A stretch of DNA of 64,000 bases from contig MU058441.1 of assembly GCA_013265495.1 (NCBI GenBank), positions 186,001-250,000 of the forward strand, written 5' to 3'. The notes below the pieces were generated by a model, which made no database searches, was not told where the DNA came from, and saw only the letters and a list, made by a program, of their open reading frames with translations. The position numbers and the translations under genes were made by a program. Positions 13,621-25,791 of the stretch are shown in pieces (the stretch's first letter is position 1; every line of letters starts with the position of its first letter). The stretch is from Vicugna vicugna. Lineage: Eukaryota.

Positions 13621-16600
13621 TGTCAGGGTAGGGGGTCAAGAGGGAGTCCTGTACCCCCGCACTGGCTCTGGAGGTGATGAGATGCGGCAGGGGCTCCTGA
13701 GTTTCCCCATTTACGAGGCTTCCCATGGTCCGGACCTTCCTCCAGAGCTAGGGCCCCCAGTGTTGGGGCTTTGGGAAGCGGGCAAGGATGCAGGGAGCTG
13801 GGCTGCCCCTGTCTCGAGAGCCTCCCTGGGCCCTGGCCGGCGCTGGCCCAGGCACTCGGTAGTTTATTTATAATCACTGAGCTCAGAGCCAAGCTCCCAG
13901 CTGGGGCAACTCCTGAGCATGTCCAGAGCTCCCTTCTGGTCAGCCCACCCTACTCGTGGCTGGCATCTCTGGTATCTGGGGGTTCTGGAAACCTCCCTTC
14001 CCTGGCTCCCAACTCGCCTGTCTGCCTCCCCCACCCCCTAGCAGGAGCTGGAGCCATCAGCTGAGGGGTAGCTCCTTGGGGTGCTTCAGCCAGGCACTGT
14101 TCACAGCCGTCACTCCCAAGTAGGAAGGGGACAGGTGGAGAGGAAGTGACACCAGATGTCTGCTATGCAGAGGCATCTCTTTGACTCCTCCAGTAAATGC
14201 GCCGTTGGGTCCCTCCTGCTTCCTGACTGGGGAGCAGCAGACACTCTTCCTTGCGGGGCCGCTGTGATCTTACCTGGCTCCACCTGGAGGCGGGGCATTC
14301 CCGGAGCTTCATCCCGAAGGCGCCTGGCTGCCTCCCACCTGAGGGCCTTTCGTTGATACGGTTCCTCAGCCGGGCATCCCTTTCGTCTTGGTTGGTGCCC
14401 ACTCCTCCTTCCCACCCGGTTCTCACTGGCTCCCGCCCAGCATTCCCGCAGTGTAATTACATGCTTATTTGGGGGGTCACTTGCTTAATGTCTGTGCTAA
14501 CTCTCTGCCACTCTGGGGACGCCGTGAAGGCGGGGCCTGCCTGGCATCACTTCAGTGCTTAGGGAATAGGTGTGAAATGAATGAACAAGCGAATGAATGT
14601 TGTCCCTCGAGTATTTGCTGAATGTTTCTGTCCAGTCCAGGCCCGGAGGGTCCCTACTAAAGCGCCTGGTTGGTTCAAGGGTCACAGCCCAATCAGACGT
14701 CCTTGGAGATGGGACAGCCTACAGCCAAGGACACTCCAGTTCTGCCGCTAGAGATGAGGGTGGAGGCATCCTGGTTGGCTTACTGACACCCTGGGAGGGG
14801 CACTGCTGCATGACCTCTGGAAGGTGGCTTCCTGCCCTCTCCCAGCCTAGTTTTCCCACCTTTACCACGGGGGGTTGACCTGGACAGTGTCTCACTTTAA
14901 CAGGGACATCAGTAATAAGCTGTTGTAGTCACTGAGCGTTATGTGCCAGGTGCTCGCTGTGCTAAGCAATTTACACATTCTATCTCATTTAAAAAGTACT
15001 TTTTGTATTTTGACATAGTTTATACTCACAAAACAGTTTTAAAGGTAGTACAATTTTTTTTAGCTCATTTGATCTGGAATCATTCCTGAGTGTCTTTGTC
15101 TCTCATGACACTGACGTTTTTGAAGAGTACAGGATTTTTTTTAACCATTTTTAAATTGAGGTAAAATGCACATAGCGTGTAATTCATCACTTAGCCATTT
15201 AAAATGATACATTTCAGTGGTTTTTAGTACCTTCATAATGTTGTACAACCATCACCCCCAGAAGAAACCTGTATCCAACAGTCAGTGGCAGTTCTCCCCT
15301 CCCCCCAAACCTTGGCAACCACTAAGTCAATCTACTTTTTTCTGGGCATTTCATATAAATCAAATCATTACAACGTATCGCCTTTTTTTGGTCTGGCTTC
15401 TTTCAGTTAGCATAATGTTTTCAAGGCTTATCCACGTTGTAGCCAGTGTCCGTAAACCATTCCTTTAATGACTGAGTAATAATAGCCCATTGTATCCATG
15501 TCCCACATTTTGTTTATGCGTCCATCTGTGGATGGACATTTGCACTGCTTCTACTTTTTGGCTGTTATGACTAATGCTGCTAAGGACATTCGTGTATGAG
15601 TTTTTGTGTGGACATGTTTTCAGTTCTCTTGGATATATACTTAGGAGTGGAATTGCGGGGTCATGTGGTAACTTTTTGAGCAATTACCGACCTGCACTTT
15701 TTCACATTTCCATCAGCAAGCACCAGTTTCTCTGCATCTTCACCAACACTTGTTTTTTTCCATTTTTCTGATTACAGCTATCTTATTGGGTGTGAAGTAC
15801 TACCTCATAATGGTTTTGATTTGCATTCTAATGACTAAAGATGTTGAGCATCTTATTATGTGCTTATTGGCCATTTGTGTATCTTTCTGGGAGAAATGTC
15901 TATTCAAATCCTTGGCTCATATTTAAATTGGGTTATTTTCTCTTTTTTATTGCTGAGTTGTAAGGTGTCTTTGTATATTCTGGGTACTGGACCTTTAGTG
16001 GTTATGTGACACACAAATATTTTCTCCCATTCTGTGGGTTTTCACTTTCTCAATAGTATCCTCTGGTGCACAAAAAAAATTCTTAATTTTAATCATATCC
16101 AACTTACCTGTTTTGTCTTTTGTTGCTTGTATTTTGGGTGTCAGAAGGTACAGGATTCCACACTAGAATTTGGTAGAATGCCCCTCAGTTTTGGTCTGTC
16201 TGAGTCTCATGAACAGTTTCAGGTTATACACTGTGTCCTTTGACCATCTTCACCCCCCTGGCAGGTGGCGCAGCTAACCCTGTGTTGACCCCCAGAGCTC
16301 ACTGGCTTGCCTGAGGTCACATGGTCGGTGTGGGTGAACAAGTTTCAGCCCAGGCTTGCCCAGCTGCAGGGCCTTGGCTCTTGAAAGCAGCAGCCTCTGG
16401 CTCTGGAGTTGCTGGTCACCTCTGCTGCTCGCAGGTCTGGCTTTCAGGCAGCAGTGGGAGTTGTGACTGCGGCCTGGGAGCTGGTGGGAAAGGTGGGGCC
16501 CCATGCCGCTCCCCTTGCACCCTGGGGGCCTGGGGGAACTTCTTGAGGGCAGCAACAAGGCTGATGGCCACCTGTCCCCTCTTCCTGCAGCTGGGTGTTC

Positions 16601-19600
16601 CTGGTGAAGAAATGTTACCAGGATACCGACACGTCACTACAGAGCAGCATCATCACCAAAGTCAAGGGCGTGACTTTTACCAACACCTCAGAGCTGGGGG
16701 AGCGGCTCTGGGATGTGGCAGACTATGTCATACCACCTCAGGTCTGAGCCCCACCCAGCCGGGCGGGAGGGTCTGGCTAGGGGTGTGCCACGTGGGCAGC
16801 TGTGGGACCCAGGGACCTCCAGTCACTGCAGGGAGAGACTCTGCCCTGATCCTTCCCTCTACCCCAGACCCCTGCCCTCCCTGACTGGGGGCTGCTTTGT
16901 TCCCAACAAACCCTGAGCCTGTTGAGACCAAATGTGACCCAGAGAACTTCCAGGTCAGTGTGAGTTGGGTGGCCTGGTACAGAAAGCCCTACTCTTATAT
17001 TGGCCATCACCCTGGGAGTGGTTCCTTGGGCCCAGCCAGGCCATCCCATCGCTGCCCCTTCTCCTGGACCTGAGCTTGGGGCTGCAGTCAGAATGGTTTG
17101 GGGTGGCGGGCCTGGAAGACAGCCATCAGAGGACACCTACTCAGGGACTCTGAGGTCAGTGGGCACGTGGGTGGGATCCACTGATCTTGTGGCCCCAGTG
17201 TCTGCAAAACCCATGCAGAGACCCCACTGCCTGCCAGGCAGCCCTGGGAGGAAAGGTCCCCAGAGGGCAGAGGGGACCCTTCCTCAACCCCACTTTGGTT
17301 CCTCAGGGAGAGAACGTCTTCTTTGTAGTCACCAACCTGATCGTGACCCCCAACCAGCGGCAGGAAACCTGTGCTGAGGTGTGATCGGTGGAGAGACCTG
17401 GGCGGGGGTGGGATGGGCTGCCTGAAGCAGGGGTGTCTGCCCCTCCAAGGGCCGCGGGGGATGTGTGCACCTGCTCGTACCTGCATTGATCGGGGGAGAA
17501 GCAGGTTCTCAAGGGGAGCGTGGCCCAGGCTGGGGAGGAACCCCTGTCCTAGCTCCTGGGGTGGGACCCAGCTCTGAGACCTGCAGGGGCCCCACCCAGA
17601 CGCCCTCTCCCTCCTGGCAGAGTGAAAGCATTCCGGACGCCTCGTGCAAGGAGGACAGTGACTGCCCTCCAGGGGAGCCTGTTGTGGCTGGAAACGGTGA
17701 GGCCTGGAGGGGCCAGGGCTGGGGGGCAGCGGGGGGCTGGAGCCGGGAGGTTCCCGGCATCGTCCTTGTCCACCCCTGCAGGAGTGAGGACTGGCCGCTG
17801 CCTGAGGGCTGAGGCTGCACCAAAGGGCACCTGTGAGATCTTCGCCTGGTGCCCGGTGGAGACAAAGTCCAGGCCAGCGTGAGTGGCTGTGGCCTCCGGA
17901 CCCTGAGGAGATACCCAGTCCCAGGCAGCGCAGGTCCCAAGGGAACCTGTCCACTTGGGATCCTCATAAGACACCCGACAAAGGCCTGAGGACCACCCCG
18001 ACATGGTCAAACTAACTGTCCTTGGCAAAGGCTCCAGGGGATCAAGGGAGCAGGTGGGCTTCAGCCTTAGCACAGGCCCCGGGAGGCCTGGGGGGTGGGG
18101 TGGGGCGGGGCCTCCAAACATGCTCTCCTGCCTTGGTTTTCAGGAAGCCACTCCTGGGCAAGGCTGAAGACTTCACCGTTTACATAAAGAACTTCATTCG
18201 CTTCCCCAAATTCAACTTCTCCAAGTACGTGAGGCCATGTGTGAACCACTGGGTGATGCGGGGCACCCTTTACCCTTTCCCCTGTGTGGCGGTGGGGCTC
18301 TGTCCTTTTTTGCAGGAGGATGTTGGGGGTGGGGAAAGTACCAGGACTTGATTAGGGGCTAAAGTCAGGGGCTCCATCTCGGCCAGCCGAGGGGCCAGTG
18401 ATTCCTGGGTTGGGCCCAGTTTCTGGCTTGAGAACAGCCAGTCTCACCTTCATTTCACTGGCCTCTACCCAGGACCAATGTGCTGGACACCAAAGACAGA
18501 GCTTTCCTCAAGTCATGTAAATTTGGCCCCAAGGACCCCTACTGCCCCATCTTCCGACTGGGGTCCGTGGTCAGCTGGACGGGGAGCAACTTCCAGGAGA
18601 TAGCTTTGCAGGTGGGTGGTGTGTGCTCAGGGGGTCGGAGGGCTCTGGACTTGGGCTCTGCAATGAGGAGGGGGTGTGGAGGAGGACCCATGGGAGGGGG
18701 TGGGCCTACCAAGTCACCTGCCTGGGGACTCACTGTCTAGGACTCACTGTGACGCACAGCTGGCTGCGCTGTCTGGTTCTTAGTTCTCTGGGAATCAGCT
18801 GAAACTGAGCCAGGAGCCTCACTGGCATGTTGGCGCTGGTGTTGGGTGCCTGTCCCACAGCACACATTCACCCTGGTCGTCCCCATCTCCCCTGAAGCAC
18901 CAAGCAAGAGGATATGGGCTGTCAGCCACGCGCTCTGCTCAGCCACCCCAGGGTGGGGCCGGGGTGGGGCTAGAACCTCGGCCCTCTCGCCTTCCTCCTG
19001 GAAGATGCTCTAGCCGGGCCTCCCTCTCATCTGAGCACTTCCCCGGTCTAGTCCAGCGACCCACGAAGAATGGTTCTGTGATTTCTGATCATCTCTAGAA
19101 AATTCTGTGAGCTGATTTTTGTCTCTTTTGCATCAAGGGCGGTGTGATAGGAATTCAGATTGAGTGGAACTGTGATCTTGACAGAGCTCCCTCTGAATGC
19201 AACCCGCAGTATCACTTTAGCCGTCTGGACAACAGATTTTCAGAAAACTCCGTCTCTTCTGGGTACAATTTCAGGTAATTGGGATGAGGCCTGCCACCTT
19301 GTGACCTTTCCTGGGTGCCAGCGCTATGACACTCCCTCCTGGGGGCGGGCGTGGGAGGCAGCCAGGGGGCCTCTGGGAGAGGAGAGAAGCGCAGGCTGTA
19401 CTTGCCCTGAAGGTGAGGCTGGGCTGCGCAGCTGGGTCAGATCGACCACTGCCTTGGTGGCCCCAGCTTGGCCCAGCAGTAGTGGGAAAGCCCTTGTCTC
19501 TTGGGGAATGTCTGGCAAGGACTTCAAAGGCCTGAACACAAATCTTTAGCATCGTATCAGCAAGGGCGTCTCCAGCCTGTCCCGGGAGCTGCTGAGAGCC

Positions 19601-22600
19601 AGGGTCCCGGGATGGGGGGTTATAAGTCTCCAAGGCAGCTGAGCCTGTGATGCCAGACATTTGGGAGGCCCAGGCAGGCCGAGGTCTCCCCAGCCTTGTC
19701 TCCCCCAGGTTTGCCAAGTATTACCGAGACACCGCTGGGGTGGAGTTCCGCACGCTGTTTAAGGCCTACGGGATCCGCTTTGATGTGATGGTGAATGGCA
19801 AGGTGCGTGTGTTCTGAGGCTGGGCAGGCACGTCCTGGGTGGGTGGGGTGCTAGGAGGGACCCCGGGCTTCTCTGGTGGAGTCCCTGGGATCCTGCTGTC
19901 CACCTCACCCCACCTTGTCTCTCTGTGCTCCAGGCAGGGAAGTTCAGCATCATCCCCACAATCATCAACGTGGGCTCTGGGGTGGCGCTCATGGGGGTGG
20001 TGAGTACCTCTCCCCCACTTTACCCTCTGAGCATGGGCGGGGCAGGGGCAGGCAGGGGGGACAGTGCCCCAGGGGAGCTGTCCTGAGGCCCTGGGAAGAA
20101 CCAGAGCTGGGGGTTCTGGGGAGGTCCAGCCAGACGGGTGGAGAGGCCTTTCCAGGACTTCACACCCCTCCGGCGGCCCCCAGGTGGCAGTGACCACCTG
20201 AGTTTCTCTTTCCAGAGCCAGAAGGGCTTCTGTTTGTGGCTGGGGGTTCTCTGGGATCCTGGGCAGCCTTGTCTCCACTTCTGCTAAAAAGAGGCGGGAT
20301 CTGGCTACTTCTGGGTTTCTCAGCCGTGGCCCTGTGACGTCTGGGGCCAGGTAATCCTCTTTTTGTGGGGCCGTCCTGCACGCTGTAGGGGTGGAAGCAG
20401 CACCCCCAGCCTCGTGGGGCCGTCCTGCACGCTGTAGGGGGGCAGGCAGCACCCCCACCCTCACCCACCAGATGCCGCAGCACCTCCGCCACAGCTGCTG
20501 TCACCGAACATGAGTTCCTGTGCCCAGCACACAGTGAGGCCAAACTGAAGGAGTTTGGAGCAGAGTTTGGAGCAGAGAAAAGTTTACTGCAGGACCGAGC
20601 AAGGAGGACGGGTGGCTTGTACTCAAACCCTCCAAACTCCTTGATGGTTTTTGGGGTGGAGTGATTTACATGCAAAATTTGGGGTGAGGGCTGCAGGGTG
20701 TGTGACTTTCTTCTAATGGGCTAGTGAGGTTACAGGGCCTGAGTTACCATCCTCCCCCTGGGCGGGGGCCTTAGTTCCTGCAGAACTCAAAGATAGTCAT
20801 GTCTGTCCCTGCAGGAGGAACCAAGACCCTGCCCCAAGGCTACACTATTGTTTCTTGACTCCTCCTCCTGTCTTTCTGCATTTCCTCACTTCTCTGAGTA
20901 GCAAATGTTCGAATCTGCTCTTTGGAACTCAGGGAAGTAATCTAGGAGGCTGAATGAAGCCTATTTCCTACACGAAAGGAACGGGGGACACAAAAAGGAT
21001 TTGTACGCGGGGGACCCTGCAGGGTCCTGCCTGGTTTTCATCACGACAACCAAAAATCTCTCCAGGCATCAATCTGCCCCTGGTTGCGAATCATGCAGCT
21101 AAGGAGACGAGAGGCAAGGAAATTAGTCCTCCCTCAGATCTGTCCCTTCAGCTGGGCTTCGAGGGGCCCACAGGAGAGGAAGTAGTGGCTGGAGGGGCAG
21201 GGAAGGATTCCCCTGGATCTCTTTCTTGTCCTTTTGTTTTTCTGGAAGTTTTTTAAAGACAGAGGAGTCATCAGTGAGTGGCTTGTACCCACCCTAGGAG
21301 GCCCCTTACCAAGGTTTCTGGCAGCCTCACCCCGGGTTCCTCTGCCGGGCAGTCACAGCAGTCCCACTGGAGGCTTCTAGCAGGACCTAGGACTGCTGGA
21401 GACCAGGAAAACTGTCCTGTAGCAGGACTCAAAGAGGCCATGCTCCTGAGAAGTGTGGTCAGTGGATGAAAGTGTGCCCCAAATGACCCCCCCTAACTGC
21501 AGACAGCATTGTTGGGGAGCCCTGCATGTTTGCATGTGTAAATTTCCTAGAGAAGGGCCCCTTCAGCTATCACTTTCTTATAACGTGGGTAAATCAGAAC
21601 ACAGGGGCATCTGGGGAACACCTGTGAAGTGAAGGTAACCGGGAAAAAGTGCTGGTAGAGGGTGGGTGGGGGTGGGAGGAGTGTTCTCTGTCAAACAAGG
21701 AATTAATAGCTTTTTTGACACAGGGCGGGGAAGATGTGCAGCGCCCAGGTCAGAGGACCCTGTGGGGCCATCCCATCAACCCCCTAGCACCCCCTCCCTC
21801 TCCTCAGACTTTCAGGAAACTCTGCCCCTCCCTTCTGTGCTGTGAGGGTGGAGTCGCCCTCTGGTGGAGGAGACTGGTATTTGCACCACCTACTCTGGTC
21901 TGAAGAGGGTGTGTTCAGGTGTGCCCGCAGGTCCGCTGGGTTAGCTCAGGCCTCACCTTTCCTTGACCACTGCCGTTGTGTCCTTGTTCAGATGCCCTCC
22001 AACCCACCTCTCACTGACTACTGGAGAGAGCTCCTGAAGTGCTACAGTTCTGTCCCGCCCCTACTCCGAGGCATGACGAGCTTGTGCTGCCTCTGCAGCG
22101 TCCTTCCTGAGCTTTTTTTCCCTTTTATAAAATCCTGTTCAGCCCTCAAGACTCAGCCCAGATGTACCTCCCCGGGCAGAATAAAGTCCCGTCTTCTCTC
22201 TGCTCCTCTGCACCTCTCCTCATCGTAGGACGTGTCACTCTGGGTCGTAATTTATGTGCTTGTCTCCTGTGCCAGAGGAACGGTCCCCACTCCTCCCTGC
22301 ACCCCAGGGCAGTACCTGGCACCCGTGATGCTCAGCAGACGCTGGCTGAAGACCTGACTCAGTGGGGTCAGGGGAGCGCGGGGCTGCTTGGCCTGAGGGA
22401 TCAGTTGGGCTGCAGGCTAACTCTGGCTCTACCAGGGACCAGCTTTGTGGCCTTGGACAAAGGCGCCCCTTTCTGAGCCCAGTGTCCCTGAGATGGGGAC
22501 CATGATGCCCCCTCAGGGGTTGTCGGGTCAAACGGGGTGTGGTTTGTGTCAAGTAGCCGAGCACTCTCTGGAAGTCGATTCTGAGTCAGGGACCCCGACT

Positions 22601-25175
22601 CTTTTGCAGGGGTCTTTCTTCTGCGACCTGGTGCTCATCTACTTCATCAAAAAGAGCCACTTTTACCGAGACAAGAAGTACGAGGAAGTGAGGTCAGTTA
22701 AGTCTCCTCTCAGCAGCCCGAGGGGCGCCCACTAGGTCATCCCTCCCTCCCTTGCTGAGAACCCGTACCTTGGTTTTCTGTTGGTGTTTGGCGACGGGGT
22801 AGAGGCAGGGCCGAATGCGGGGAGCTCCCCTGGATAGGCTGGGGAAGGCGGAATGCTCTGAATACCTGCTCTACAGGACTGGATTCTGCTTCAGAGCAGC
22901 TGGCAGAAGAAAGGCCACTCCAGGTCGTGGGCAGGAGACCTGGTTTCCAGACCTGGCTCTATTACTATCTCCCCAAGTGACTCTGGACCAGTCCCAGGCC
23001 TCCTTGGGCCTCAGTTTCTCTCTCTCTGAAATGAGAGTGTTGGTTTATATATGGCGCCTTCCAGCACTGGTCCTGCGGGGCTGGAGTGGTAAGGGAAGGA
23101 ACAGAATGGACTTTTCCCTCCAATCTCGGGGCCTCTTGGCCTTGGGCTTGGTGGGCTTTGGGTGTGTACTTAGAGGAGCAGAACACAGTGTGCGTGGAAA
23201 ATCGTAGTGGCTGGGTGGATGGGAAGGGGCGAGGGGCTCTGGCCCAGCCTTTGAGGAAGGCTTTCTGGAGGGGCTGGGATCGGAAAGAGGAATTGCAGAT
23301 AATGGGCTCTGGACGGGCACTGGGCACTTCCCTAAGCTCCACTACAACGTGGGACAGGGCGGAGGGCCAGCCTGCATCATTCGCCTGGACTGAAACCCAG
23401 CCGTGGTTCTCAAGCTGAGCCCTGAGCCCTGACTGCATCTGCTGCTCCCACTGAGCTGCTGGGGGAAGAGGGGCGCCCCCTGCAGGGCAAGCGGCTCACC
23501 AGTTCCCAGGGAAGGGGCGGCACCCAGGGCTTGCAGGCCAGGGTTAACAGGTCATGTCCTGCCTAGGGACCTAGGGGTCCTCGCCCAGCTGGCGGAGTCC
23601 TCGCAGCACAGTGTGGCCCCGGCCGAGGTGGGAACAGGGCTGGCCGAGCAGCCTGAAGTGCAGGATGGAGGCGGTGGCCAGAAAGAGAATGGCTGTGTGT
23701 GCCAGCAGCTCCTCCAGCCCGCCAGGTGAGGGCTGCCCAGCCGAGGGCCGGGAACCAGGCCTGCAGAGACAGCCGTCCGCTACCCTGCTCCCTGCTCCGG
23801 CTGACCTGGCCACAGGCAGGACGTCTGGGACCCAGCAGAGCCCATTCAAGCTGGGCTCTGGGTGGAGGGGTGCTGGTGGTACTTTAGCCTCCCCACCAGT
23901 CCCTGAGTGACCACAAATGTGTCTGCTTGCTGTGCCGTCCCAGCATGAAGACAGTAACAGTGCTGTCACTCCCTCAGGCTTACTGTGCGGGGCACTGCTC
24001 TGAGCTCTTTGTGTATGTGACCTCATTTCAGCAACCTAATGACGTGGACACTAATATTCCCCATTCTACTAATGAGGAAACCGAGGCACAGAAAGGTCAA
24101 GTAACTTGCTCAAGTCACACAGCTAATAAATGGCAGAGCTGGGATTTAAATCCAGGTAGTGTGTCCCCCTAGAATCCATTTCTTCTCTATCAAGTTATTC
24201 TGCTTTACTGAGCCCCCCATTCCACCACTCCCCTCAGATGCCTTCCCTAAGCTCCTCTTTGATGTGGAAATTCTGGAGCTGCCCTAGCTTCAGGAGGGTG
24301 GTGGCTGTGCTCACAGGTGGCCTGCAGGCTGTGCTTCCCTGGAGCGCAGCCCAGAAGCCCTGGGCAGCCTGGCAGTTTCTGCAGATCTGACCACAGCCTG
24401 GTGCAGGGGGCGCCCCGGGCTGAGTCGGGAGGCCGGCCTTCGGGCCTGCTCTTCTTCTGCCTGCCTCTGTACCTTCAACAGGCGTCCGGCCCTTTCTGGG
24501 CCTGTTTTCCTTTTCGTTCTAGTGGGGGCTGGACACGGGGCTGGTTCCCCTCCATTGGTAGGTAGGGTCCCATGACTGTCTTCTTGTCAACTACGTCAGA
24601 GGGGTTCACTGACCTGGGCTGGCTTTCCTCTGCCTCGAGCTTTCATTCTCTGCTGATTCAGCTATTGGCAGCCTCCAACCTGGAGCTGAGCCAGGGCAGG
24701 GAAAGAGAGAAGTGAGCTGGGATGGAAAGGGGAGGCAAAGGATGGAGAGGAGGCAAGAAAGATGGAGAGGCTGGGGGATCTGCCAGGGTAGGCCCGGCAC
24801 CCAGCAGCTCCCAACATGCTCCTTGAGCCGATTGTCACTTCCTGGGCGCCCACCTGAGTTCCTTCACCTGCGAGAGGGAAGAGTGGCTGCCCTGCTGGTC
24901 TAGGCATAGCCTGAGGGCTCACTGCTGGGGCAGCTCCAGAGGCCTGGGCCTGAGCATCTCCCTGGGCCCGGGCTTTGGCCAGAGACCCTGCAGGACTGCA
25001 GTGCTGCCAGCCGGAGGCTTCTGCGAGTGGAGTCTGCCTCTAGCGAGGCCGTCCCCATCCGCAGGGCTCCCGACAGCCCTCTGTGCCCCACCTGCCCACA
25101 CACAGGTCCGGCCACCAGGGGAACGGAAAGGCGAATGTGGAGCAACTGCGGAACCTGCAGACTGTGGAGGCGTAG
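13338..25175 (+). CDS. P2RX5: P2X purinoceptor 5, 453 aa, 13 coding exons: 13338-13474, 16591-16741, 17307-17378, 17621-17696, 17782-17878, 18144-18224, 18473-18611, 19138-19274, 19709-19802, 19934-19999, 22610-22692, 23567-23725, 25106-25175
   Basis: Starts [34 protein letters not shown]. Has P2X motifs [76 protein letters not shown], and C-terminal YRDKKYEEV. All introns are GT-AG and in phase; total 1362 nt. The last two exons are less certain because they were assigned from recalled human and rodent tails. Confidence 0.95.
15137..16147 (-). mobile_element. L1MB/L1MA-type 3' fragment (ORF2 end + 3'UTR) nested in an older L1 remnant, P2RX5 intron 1
   Basis: T-rich tail near 15135-15150; the antisense ORF reads [19 protein letters not shown] (L1 ORF2 C-terminus). 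TSD gtacaggatt at 15127-15136 and 16148-16157. Confidence 0.85.
20365..20462 (+). repeat. Two-copy 49-bp tandem repeat
   Basis: gtggggccgtcctgcacgctgtagggg...gcagcaccccca.cctc at 20365-20413 and 20414-20462. Confidence 0.9.
20499..21040 (-). mobile_element. Solo LTR (ERV1, MER41/LTR39-like) in P2RX5 intron 10
   Basis: TG...CA termini (tgtcaccgaac...ctggttttca), antisense agtaaa PAS-like site, and internal motifs typical of cetartiodactyl ERV1 LTRs. No clear TSD. Confidence 0.65.
21853..21868 (-). promoter_or_regulatory. Candidate CTCF site
   Basis: Reverse complement TCCACCAGAGGGCGAC is close to the CCASYAGRKGGCRS consensus. Motif only. Confidence 0.45.
23985..24178 (-). mobile_element. MIR SINE
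   Basis: ccccattctactaatgaggaaaccgaggcacagaaaggtcaagtaacttgctcaagtcacacagcta...ggcagagctgggattt is the MIR core. Confidence 0.85.
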
Positions 25176-25791
25176 CCAGAGGTGTTGGCTGAGAGCAGAT
25201 TTGGTGAAGATGTTGGAGGCAGAACTGCCCGCAGCTCTGAACCAAGAAGAGTCGTCCTTGTCCACAAGGGACTGGGGCTTCCAGGCACAGCCACCTCTCC
25301 TGCACTTTGGGATCTTGCTGCAAGCTTTTCATTGTTTGTGTGGGGAGGGGAGCCTCCCGGTGGCCAGAGTGGCTCGTGCAGAAGAGGCCTAGAGCGTTTT
25401 CACTTTTCTGGAGAGCCTAGTAGGGCATTCACTTGTCCATTCATTCATGCAGTAAACATTTTTTGATGCCTGCTGTGGGCTAGGACCTATCCAAAAGATG
25501 CTTGAATGAGACATTGACCTGGCCTTCAGGGAGGGGAGCACACGCATAATTCCCTCCACAGCTGACAGACATGACAGCTGGGCCCAGCACGCTGGCCTTC
25601 CTCTAGCCTCTGAGACTTGCACAGATCCCTAGGCTGGATGACGACTCCTCAGAGAAGGACCTTGGCCAACATCCAAGGAGACACTTGGCCCACCCCCAGG
25701 GGTGACATGTAAAGGTGGTCAAGGCGGTAACTGGGAGAGGGCTGGACCTGTGAGGAGGCAGCTGGCCATGAGGGGAGAGGCAGGCTCCCAG

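Noticed and set aside
12686..13873. 395-aa + strand ORF over the P2RX5 promoter
   Set aside because: Non-ATG start and low-complexity G/A/R/P composition typical of a stop-poor CpG island. It runs through the exon-1 donor out of frame with P2RX5.
17088..18121. Long minus-strand ORFs (288, 190 and 152 aa)
   Set aside because: Antisense shadows of GC-rich P2RX5 exons 3-5 and their introns; no recognisable domain.
23575..23656. Alternative P2RX5 exon-12 acceptor at 23574
   Set aside because: It shifts the frame and soon hits TGA. The 23566 acceptor keeps phase and the conserved QKENG.VC.QLL motif.
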